Assembly: GCA_964647565.1 (NCBI GenBank)
Contig: CAZYIM010000045.1
Span: 1-16,908, forward strand
Reading direction: 5' to 3'
Source of the DNA: an uncultured Methanosarcinales archaeon
Lineage (GTDB): Archaea > Nanobdellota > Nanobdellia > Woesearchaeales > CAZYIM01
Length of the DNA: 16,908 bases
This document shows, one piece after another, positions 8,535 through 15,161 of the stretch. Position numbers and translations under genes: made by a program. The number at the start of each line of letters is the position of its first letter. Position 1 is the first letter of the stretch. The notes beneath the pieces were generated by a model. That model was given only the letters and a program-made list of their open reading frames with translations. It searched no databases and was not told where the DNA came from.

Positions 8535-9302
8535 ATGAAAATTAAGATTCTCGGTAGTGCAGGATTGTATGGAGTGCCAGTAGCATTCTGCCAGTGCAAA
8601 GTTTGTACAAAGGCTGTCAAAGCAGATAAAAGAAATATCAGGACTCGGGCGTCCCTGCTTGTTGAATCAGACAAGAAAAAGATTGTAATTGATTGCGGCC
8701 AGGATTTTCGGGAGCAGATGCTAAGGGAAAAGCTGAAGAAAATAGATTATCTCCTTTTGACACACAGGCATTCAGATCATACTTCTTCGCTTGGAGAGCT
8801 AATGGCAACGGGAAATTTCTATCTCGAAACACCTAAAGAGGTTTATGAGGACCTGCAAGAAAGAAGAAAAGTATTTACACACATCAAGATGAGAAACCCT
8901 AAAGTAAAATGCAGGCATTTCAAACCTAAAAAAATTGGCAATCTAAAAGTGGACTGTGTAAAAGTACGCCATATCAAGATCAAAGCATTTGATCTTCCAA
9001 CGTATGGTTATATTTTCCAGGAAGGAGATAAAAAAATAGCATATATTCCTGATGTCGAGGCACTCATCGATACAGACCTATTACAGGATCTTGATATCCT
9101 ATTCATCGATGGCTCATACTTTAGAAAAGGCTTTGGTCATGTCGGCATCACAGGCGGAATAAAAATATTTAAGAGACTTAAGCCTAAACTCATGATATTC
9201 ACGCACCTAAACCATTACAAATCCCACGCAGATATCCAAAAATATGTTTCTAAGTTTGGAAATATCAAAGTAGCATATGATGGTATGGAGATAAAGATCT
9301 GA
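8535..9302 (+). CDS. Metallo-beta-lactamase-fold hydrolase, PhnP-like phosphodiesterase
   Basis: Motifs LGS...GVP...CQCKVC (PhnP-type Zn motif), RTRASLL, IDCGQDFREQ, THRHSDH, FTHLNH and AYDGMEI. Confidence 0.88.
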   Translation: MKIKILGSAGLYGVPVAFCQCKVCTKAVKADKRNIRTRASLLVESDKKKIVIDCGQDFREQMLREKLKKIDYLLLTHRHSDHTSSLGELMATGNFYLETPKEVYEDLQERRKVFTHIKMRNPKVKCRHFKPKKIGNLKVDCVKVRHIKIKAFDLPTYGYIFQEGDKKIAYIPDVEALIDTDLLQDLDILFIDGSYFRKGFGHVGITGGIKIFKRLKPKLMIFTHLNHYKSHADIQKYVSKFGNIKVAYDGMEIKI

Positions 9303-10058
9303 TCACCATGGCTCTTTCCAGAAATAGTGGAAGTATTTCATAAAACTAACTTTTATTTCTTCGGATTCGAGCACAAAGGCAAAGGACTGCTTGGACCATA
9401 AGACCTGGACTACTTTGTTGCCAAACATCACCATAACCATAGGTGAAGAGAGATTAGGTGGCAGCGTGCAATATTTGTAGTATTTCTTCTTATGGGTTTT
9501 TATATCACCAGGTTCAAGACCTTCTAGATACGTTCCGTGATCGACAAGATCGTGAAGTATATGTTTTCGAGTCACTCTCCTTTTCATCCAGTGTTGGAAC
9601 CATCTTTTCATTTCAGGAGGAGTGCTTTGTTCCACTCCACTATTACCTCCAATCCAGAAACTTTCCTTGTAGTCCAGCAGTTCATTCAATAATGCTTTAA
9701 TGGCTTCGTTGCCCCTATAAACCTCAGCCCGTATTTTCGGCCTAGACATTTCAAAAAAACTTTTTATTTTAGGAAACTGGATTTTCAGATTATCTAGCGC
9801 CTCTTTTTTCTGCTTGATCTCTTCAAGTATCTTGTTAGGGTGGGTGCATTGGTATGTTTTAATACCTGCTTCGACAGTATATGATATTAATCCTTTCTCG
9901 ATTAGCTTGTTCAAGATATCATATATGTTCCGTCTTTCAATACCTGTCTTTTCCTGGATGCCGCTAATGGTTGATATGCCTAACTCAAGAACTGCCGAGT
10001 AGACGCTTATCTGCCCCCCACTCAACCCTAGCTCTTTTAGACCTTCTAAACCCTTCAT
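9303..10058 (-). CDS. TrmB-family transcriptional regulator (wHTH plus effector domain)
   Basis: LKELGLS...VYSAVLELG...IQEKTGIERRNIYDILNKLIEKGLIS, followed by VYRGNEAIK and a C-terminal domain. The start is moved to ATG 10058 (MKGLEGL) because a TATA element lies at 10082-10091. Confidence 0.88.
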   Translation of the reverse strand: MKGLEGLKELGLSGGQISVYSAVLELGISTISGIQEKTGIERRNIYDILNKLIEKGLISYTVEAGIKTYQCTHPNKILEEIKQKKEALDNLKIQFPKIKSFFEMSRPKIRAEVYRGNEAIKALLNELLDYKESFWIGGNSGVEQSTPPEMKRWFQHWMKRRVTRKHILHDLVDHGTYLEGLEPGDIKTHKKKYYKYCTLPPNLSSPMVMVMFGNKVVQVLWSKQSFAFVLESEEIKVSFMKYFHYFWKEPW

Positions 10059-10079
10059 GTGGTATTGTATAACACCACA
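10058..10079. promoter_or_regulatory. Palindromic operator candidate at the trmB start
   Basis: TGTGGTATT-GTAT-AACACCACA has 8 of 9 arm positions complementary and lies between the TATA box and the start codon. Confidence 0.5.
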
Positions 10080-10136
10080 AATATTTATAAGTTTGTATTC
10101 ATTTAATAGTAATAACATACAAGAGGTGATTTTAAG

Positions 10137-10769
10137 ATGAACAAGCTAGTTAGAGGAATATTAGGAATAGCAACAGCAGCTTATCTGTTGATCGCGCCAC
10201 AAGTCAAAGCACAGACAACAGAGATGATGGCAGCCAAAGATTATCAAACCATCGACACTAAATTTCTTGGCAAGATAGCACCAAAGACCAACTACTTTGC
10301 CAGGACAAGGATAACTATTAATGACAAAGACGAAGTTGGTGCTTTTTTTGTTACAGAGCTGAGCTACAATATAAAAGGCGGCCTCGATGCAGTGGCAGAA
10401 CTACAGGCCATAAGTGGTGTTGGAACAGATTCGAGAGTTGGAGCACAATATTTTAACCAGTCTAAAGATTTCAATGAGAATGGCGGAGTCAGAATTTATG
10501 CTCTGGGAACCAAGAGCCTTGAAAGGAATAATTTTGAGCTGATCACGTTGTTGGAATACTGCCCGAAGATTGCCAAGAACACCAAACTGTTCACACATCT
10601 GGAAACCGTAACTAATGGCCATAAAGAACTCAGTTTTGCCGTCCAAAGGCTCAGATTAGGACTGGACATAAAAGGACTCAGATTTGGATTCGCAGGAGAT
10701 ATCTCACAGAGTGGAAAAAAAGCAGATTTAGGGTATAATCTTGGAGTTTTTGTCGGGAAGGATTTCTAA
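10137..10769 (+). CDS. Secreted beta-strand-rich protein resembling a bacterial outer-membrane beta-barrel
   Basis: Signal peptide MNKLVRGILGIATAAYLLIAPQVKA/Q, many alternating polar/hydrophobic strands, and C-terminus YNLGVFVGKDF ending in Phe. RBS GAGGTGA at 10123-10129. The CDS is confident; the product call is tentative. Confidence 0.6.
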   Translation: MNKLVRGILGIATAAYLLIAPQVKAQTTEMMAAKDYQTIDTKFLGKIAPKTNYFARTRITINDKDEVGAFFVTELSYNIKGGLDAVAELQAISGVGTDSRVGAQYFNQSKDFNENGGVRIYALGTKSLERNNFELITLLEYCPKIAKNTKLFTHLETVTNGHKELSFAVQRLRLGLDIKGLRFGFAGDISQSGKKADLGYNLGVFVGKDF

Positions 10770-10775
10770 TCCTTC

Positions 10776-11390
10776 TCACTTAAACCTAAACAATTTTGCT
10801 GGTCGATGAGAGACATTTATTTCCATGTCTTTAGTCTCTTCAACTATGCCAGACGATATCATCTTCTTACGAAAGTTCCTGTTGTCGTATTCGATCTCTT
10901 CAATTATCTCATAATATTTCTGCAATTGGTTGAGCGGGAATTGTTTGTCCATAAACTGCCTGACAATCAAGGAACTGATATTATCTTTCAGATATTTCTT
11001 TGCCAGTTTCAGAATTTCCTTGTGATCAAAGGCCAGATCATTCATCTTCTCATACTCATGCCATTTGCTTTCGTCAGCTATCTTGTTCCAGTTGATCAAA
11101 GCTATGAAACCTACTGAAACTGTCCTTGCCCTCGGATCGCGATTGGGTTTTGTAAAAGTATAGAACTGTTGGAAAAATACATTTTCAGTGCCAAATGTCT
11201 CTTTGAGCTTTTTCTTTATGGTCTCTCCTGCCGTTTCATCACCCTTCAAAAGCCCACCCAACAACTCCATCTTGTCTTTGAAAGGTTCTTTTTCTCGACG
11301 ATGCAAAAGCACTTTCAATTTATTGTCATGCGCAGTAAAAATCGCTGCATCCACAGCAATCCGGGCAATTCCTAATGTTTTTTCAGTCAT
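10776..11390 (-). CDS. nrtR: NrtR-family Nudix-related transcriptional repressor
   Basis: N-terminal Nudix-like domain (AVDAAIFT...LKVLL..R..EPF; QFYTFTKPNRDPRARTVSVGF; LAFDHKEIL) with a degenerate Nudix box (GGLLKGDETAGETIKKKLKETFG, no RE..EE). C-terminal wHTH: F.L.QLQ..YE.I.....DNRNFRKK...HRPAKLFRF. Confidence 0.9.
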   Translation of the reverse strand: MTEKTLGIARIAVDAAIFTAHDNKLKVLLHRREKEPFKDKMELLGGLLKGDETAGETIKKKLKETFGTENVFFQQFYTFTKPNRDPRARTVSVGFIALINWNKIADESKWHEYEKMNDLAFDHKEILKLAKKYLKDNISSLIVRQFMDKQFPLNQLQKYYEIIEEIEYDNRNFRKKMISSGIVEETKDMEINVSHRPAKLFRFK

Positions 11391-11412
11391 TTTGCATTAA
11401 AATTCAGCGCTA

Positions 11413-11420
11413 TTTATAAA
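11413..11420 (-). promoter_or_regulatory. TATA box of nrtR
   Basis: TTTATAAA lies 23 nt from the nrtR ATG at 11390. Confidence 0.65.
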
Positions 11421-11421
11421 T

Positions 11422-11442
11422 GTTGCGTAAATTATACGCCAA
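11422..11442. promoter_or_regulatory. NrtR box 1
   Basis: GTTGCGT-AAATTAT-ACGCCAA has the GT-N7-AC core and covers the BRE side of the nrtR promoter. Confidence 0.7.
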
Positions 11443-11467
11443 CTTAACGTAACAAAAACGTAAAGTT
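11441..11467. promoter_or_regulatory. NrtR box 2
   Basis: AACTTAACGT-AACAAAA-ACGTAAAGTT has 9/10 arm complementarity and the GT-N7-AC core. It abuts the operon TATA box. Confidence 0.75.
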
Positions 11468-11473
11468 TAAATA
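11466..11473 (+). promoter_or_regulatory. TATA box of the nucleotide-remodelling operon
   Basis: TTTAAATA preceded by a purine-rich segment. The inferred start site is near 11496, followed by a leader with GGAGG (11521-11525). Confidence 0.6.
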
Positions 11474-11495
11474 GTAATTGTGATTTACTATAATT

Positions 11496-11520
11496 AGTTT
11501 GCGTAAAAATGACGTAAACT
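11496..11520. promoter_or_regulatory. NrtR box 3
   Basis: AGTTTGCGT-AAAAATG-ACGTAAACT has 8/9 arm complementarity and the GT-N7-AC core. It spans the inferred transcription start up to the RBS. Confidence 0.75.
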
Positions 11521-11530
11521 GGAGGAGAAA

Positions 11531-11947
11531 ATGAGCATAATAAACACCGTGGACGCAATTGCCAAATACGAAAATGGCATTGTGATTATAGAAAGGAAAA
11601 AATGGCCAGAAGGATTGGCATTGCCAGGCGGCCATCTTGAAGCAGGAGAGAACCTGGAAGACGCGATAAGAAGAGAGGTCCAGGAAGAGACCAACCTCAA
11701 GATAAGCTCCATGAAACAGTTTCGAACCTATTCTGATCCTGACAGGGATCCTCGAGGCCACTACATCTCGACAGTGTTTGAATGTGAGTGCTATGGCAAG
11801 CTAAAAGCAGGAGACGATGCAAAGAAAGCTCATGTCTATACCTTAGATCAGATTGACGAATTGAAGAATGAGTTTGCCTTTGATCATTACATGGTCCTCA
11901 AGGATTGGCAGAGGGAAGAAGCACAATATACCCGGGGTGAAAAATGA
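11531..11947 (+). CDS. Nudix hydrolase (ADP-ribose pyrophosphatase-like)
   Basis: Intact Nudix box GGHLEAGENLEDAIRREVQEETNL, plus YSDPDRDPRGH, AGDDA and AFDH motifs. GGAGG RBS. Confidence 0.92.
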   Translation: MSIINTVDAIAKYENGIVIIERKKWPEGLALPGGHLEAGENLEDAIRREVQEETNLKISSMKQFRTYSDPDRDPRGHYISTVFECECYGKLKAGDDAKKAHVYTLDQIDELKNEFAFDHYMVLKDWQREEAQYTRGEK

Positions 11948-13056
11948 TGGAACAAACAAAAAACCTGTTTAACGGTATGGAAAACTATTCAAAAAGAATT
12001 CAACAAATGGAAATGTTTTATCTGCAACTATTGGATCTGGCAGAGAAAGACGACTCAAAAAGCAAGATTTTTCGAATCAAAGAACCAGAGCTATTCTATA
12101 AGGTCATCTCTCTTTTTGGACCTGCTCTAGATAACAAGAATGCAGGATATGACTTAAGCACAATCTATGAGGCAGGCATCCACAAGGAGACTGGCGCATT
12201 GTTCATCAGCAATAAAGGAGCAACCCTCTACTCATTATCACCCAGGACACAAACACCACATCTTATCAGGCACCTAGGCCTTAGCGTCTACTTTCCAGGT
12301 CTGGGGATTGAATTTGTCAATGTAGGTTTGATGGGAGATGTATACACTAGCAAGGTAGTGTTGAGAAGTGAATCAGCATGTACACCCTCCTTCCTATTTG
12401 GCTCACAGAGATGCAATTGCTCCTATCAATGGGACAGCATAAGAGAGGTGGCAGCACATTTCAATAAGATAACACCACCCCCTTTAACCAATGGCCACGA
12501 CTTTGAAAATTGGGTACAGAGCCAACTAAACTATGAACATGGAAAACATCTTTTCAAGAAGAATGGACCAGGCTTCATCCTAATGCACATAGACACACAA
12601 AATGGCATGGGCAGCGGATATACCAAGAATGAGTTCACATTTGATCTCTACAATAGAGCATCCATGAGACATAGGGGTGAGTATTCATCGGAGCAAATAC
12701 ACAAGACAACAATGTATGGAGGTTTTGGCGCCATAGGCATTCAGGCAGACCCTCGAGCTGCAGAAGATCATGCAGGCTACAAGCTGACCTTCATGGTACT
12801 CGACTACCTAGAAACCAGTAGAGACATAATCTTCCTGACCAACAATCCACTCAAGATGCACCAGCTAAAGAACAATGGCTACAATTTGACAAGAGTCAAG
12901 ACAATAGGCGCAGTCAATCCAGCAGGTGCACAGGAGGCAGAACAGAGAGGCAGTGAATTCGGACACTTGGATATAAACGGACAACTGGTAACCTTCACAG
13001 AGGAGTTGAATCGTTTGAAAAGCGAGATAAATGAGTTGGTTGAAAATGACAATTAA
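11944..13056 (+). CDS. Divergent GTP cyclohydrolase II (RibA)-like protein with N-terminal extension
   Basis: LRSESACTPSFLFGSQRCNCSYQW gives the C-x10-C-x-C Zn triad. Also QNGMGSG (vs QEGRGIG), IGIQADPR (vs LGF.ADER) and FLTNNPLK. It overlaps the Nudix stop (ATGA). Confidence 0.85.
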   Translation: MMEQTKNLFNGMENYSKRIQQMEMFYLQLLDLAEKDDSKSKIFRIKEPELFYKVISLFGPALDNKNAGYDLSTIYEAGIHKETGALFISNKGATLYSLSPRTQTPHLIRHLGLSVYFPGLGIEFVNVGLMGDVYTSKVVLRSESACTPSFLFGSQRCNCSYQWDSIREVAAHFNKITPPPLTNGHDFENWVQSQLNYEHGKHLFKKNGPGFILMHIDTQNGMGSGYTKNEFTFDLYNRASMRHRGEYSSEQIHKTTMYGGFGAIGIQADPRAAEDHAGYKLTFMVLDYLETSRDIIFLTNNPLKMHQLKNNGYNLTRVKTIGAVNPAGAQEAEQRGSEFGHLDINGQLVTFTEELNRLKSEINELVENDN

Positions 13057-13885
13057 ATACCTGACCTATGAAATTATAAATAATTGCAATATGGATTGCG
13101 ATTTTTGCTTTTCTGAATGGAGAGACCAAGATAAAGAGTTGGATACCAAACAAGCAAAAAATGTAATCCAATATGTGAACAGGCAAGGGCTCGAAGCAAT
13201 AAATTTCACAGGAGGAGAGCCCTTGCTACGACAAGATGTTGGAAAAATAATACGGTTCACACACGATTTAGGCTTGACAACAATACTTTCGACCAATGGT
13301 ATTTTACTCGAGAGAAGAATTAAGGAACTTGCAGATCACATCGACTATATTGGCCTGCCATTAGATTCAAGCAGGGAAGAGATACACAACTATATACGTC
13401 CAACCAAAGCAACATCCAATCATCATGGAATGGTGTTGGGATTGATTGATCTGATAAATGAAAACTATAATCATATCGGCCTGAAAATCAACACAATAGT
13501 TACTAAAGAAAATGCTGATTCAATAGTAGGAATAGGGGATCTTGTTGAAGGAAAAGCCATGTCCTGGAAGCTTTCACATTTCATTCCTAGTGGTTATGGA
13601 AGGCAATTCAAAGATAAATATGAGATTTCAAAAACAGAATACAGTTCAGTCGTTGAACAATGCAGAAGTGCTTATCCTGGAATCAATATCATATCTTCAG
13701 ATGCCTATCAAAATGATGACAGTTGCAGGATTATTTCAGCAGAAGGTCATCTGTTAAAGCCAGGCCATGATGGTCTTGAGGATATGGGTAAGCTGGAAGA
13801 AATCACAAGAAACGTAATGCTTGACGATTTCAATCAAGCAAAAAATGAACGATTATTCAGAAAAACATATTCAAGAAAAAAATGA
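13046..13885 (+). CDS. Radical SAM protein, viperin/RSAD2-like
   Basis: Motifs CNMDCDFCF, INFTGGEPLL, STNG, IDYIGLPLDS, LKINTIV..EN, WKLSHF and DDSCRII. There is no SPASM Cys cluster. The start is 13046 (or 13031), overlapping the upstream stop. Confidence 0.8.
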   Translation: MTIKYLTYEIINNCNMDCDFCFSEWRDQDKELDTKQAKNVIQYVNRQGLEAINFTGGEPLLRQDVGKIIRFTHDLGLTTILSTNGILLERRIKELADHIDYIGLPLDSSREEIHNYIRPTKATSNHHGMVLGLIDLINENYNHIGLKINTIVTKENADSIVGIGDLVEGKAMSWKLSHFIPSGYGRQFKDKYEISKTEYSSVVEQCRSAYPGINIISSDAYQNDDSCRIISAEGHLLKPGHDGLEDMGKLEEITRNVMLDDFNQAKNERLFRKTYSRKK

Positions 13886-14514
13886 CACTTTCAAAGAAAG
13901 GTTTGAAAATGAATAAGTCTTTTAAAAAAGGTAAATTCATAGTCGTTGAAGGTGTTAATGGTGCCGGTAAAACCACAGTATTAAACCAGTTATTACCTGA
14001 TTTGTCAAATGAAGAATATAAATACAATAAAGGATTCACCCTTAACTCTAGATGGGATCGGTTGATCAACAGCCACCCCCATTCTTTCACCTATTTTCTT
14101 GATATTGCCTGGAAGACTCAGAAACAAATCAAACCGTTATTAAGAAATGGAAAAAACGTTATTCAAGATCGATATATACAGTCAATTGATTCTTATTTAC
14201 CAGACTGCAATCGGATTTATAATCAAATTTTCAGAGGGTTGATGCATCCAGCTTTTGTACGGCCTGACTTGTACATCCATTTCAGAGCAGAAACAGGTGT
14301 TATTGTTGAAAGACTGAAAAATGATGCAAGAGATAACTACAGGACGGACTTAGCCTACTGTCCTGAACGAATCGAACAAAGAGAACAGAAATATCTTGAG
14401 ATTTATAACAAATTAAATTGCCCAAAATACATACTGGACACTAGTAAAAAATCAATCAATGATTCTGTTAATGAACTAACAGAAATCATAAGGAGGGAAT
14501 TAAAATGTTTGTGA
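13882..14514 (+). CDS. Thymidylate-kinase-like nucleoside monophosphate kinase
   Basis: Motifs KFIVVEGVNGAGKTT (P-loop), VIQDRYIQS, PDLYIHF and YILDTS. ATGA overlap with the radical SAM gene (alternative start 13909). Confidence 0.85.
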   Translation: MTLSKKGLKMNKSFKKGKFIVVEGVNGAGKTTVLNQLLPDLSNEEYKYNKGFTLNSRWDRLINSHPHSFTYFLDIAWKTQKQIKPLLRNGKNVIQDRYIQSIDSYLPDCNRIYNQIFRGLMHPAFVRPDLYIHFRAETGVIVERLKNDARDNYRTDLAYCPERIEQREQKYLEIYNKLNCPKYILDTSKKSINDSVNELTEIIRRELKCL

Positions 14515-15158
14515 AAATATGTGGAGTTAGTAATATCATCGATGCAATGAACGCAATGAAACAGGGAGCAGATGCTATTGGCTTTGTCATGGGTGGCAAA
14601 GTGCTTCCTCCAGAGGTTGAACCGCACGCCCAGACTGTCAGAGAGATAATCAAACAGTTCCCAAAGCAAGTAGAAAGTTTTGTGGTCACACATTTAACAG
14701 AGATCAAAGACATCCTGGCTCTGGCCAACTATGTCAAATCTACAGGCATTCAGGTATCAGAAGATATTGGTGTTAAGAAGCTAAAGCAGTTAAGAAAATT
14801 GACCAAGAAAAAAATAATCAAGACTGTGGTGGTTGATGAAAACAGTTTTGAAAAGCTCAAAGGCTATGAACCTTATTGCGATTTCATTTTACTCGACACA
14901 AGATGTGGTGGCTATACAGGAGGTACAGGTGTAACTAACGATTGGTATTTGTGCAAAAAGCTGGTTGAAAAAGCCAAAAAACCAGTGTTTATTGCAGGAG
15001 GTCTTAACCCAGACAATCTTGGTAAAGCAATCCAGATAACTCAACCGCAAGGTGTTGATGTATCAACTGGAGTCAGCACATACTCAAGGGATTATCTTCG
15101 CAAAGACAGAAAGGATGAAAAAAAGATCAAGAGATTTATAACAACCGGAAAAAAATAA
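14505..15158 (+). CDS. trpF: Phosphoribosylanthranilate isomerase (TrpF)-like TIM-barrel isomerase
   Basis: Motifs VKICG, GADAIGFV, LLDT, GGTG...DW, IAGGLNPDN and GVDVSTGV. The family is clear, but the physiological substrate is doubtful in this context. Confidence 0.85.
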   Translation: MFVKICGVSNIIDAMNAMKQGADAIGFVMGGKVLPPEVEPHAQTVREIIKQFPKQVESFVVTHLTEIKDILALANYVKSTGIQVSEDIGVKKLKQLRKLTKKKIIKTVVVDENSFEKLKGYEPYCDFILLDTRCGGYTGGTGVTNDWYLCKKLVEKAKKPVFIAGGLNPDNLGKAIQITQPQGVDVSTGVSTYSRDYLRKDRKDEKKIKRFITTGKK

Positions 15159-15161
15159 AAA

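Noticed and set aside
10059..10118. N-terminal extensions given by the ORF track for trmB (10118) and the 6037 ORF
   Set aside because: The extensions run through or right next to TATA boxes and operator sequence. Downstream ATGs (10058, 6085) fit the promoter and RBS spacing.
11944..15158. Reading the operon as ordinary riboflavin, tryptophan or dTTP biosynthesis (ribA, trpF, tmk)
   Set aside because: No other rib or trp genes are present in the window, key RibA motifs are altered, and the kinase lacks the usual TREPG motif. Canonical activity cannot be fully excluded without the rest of the genome.
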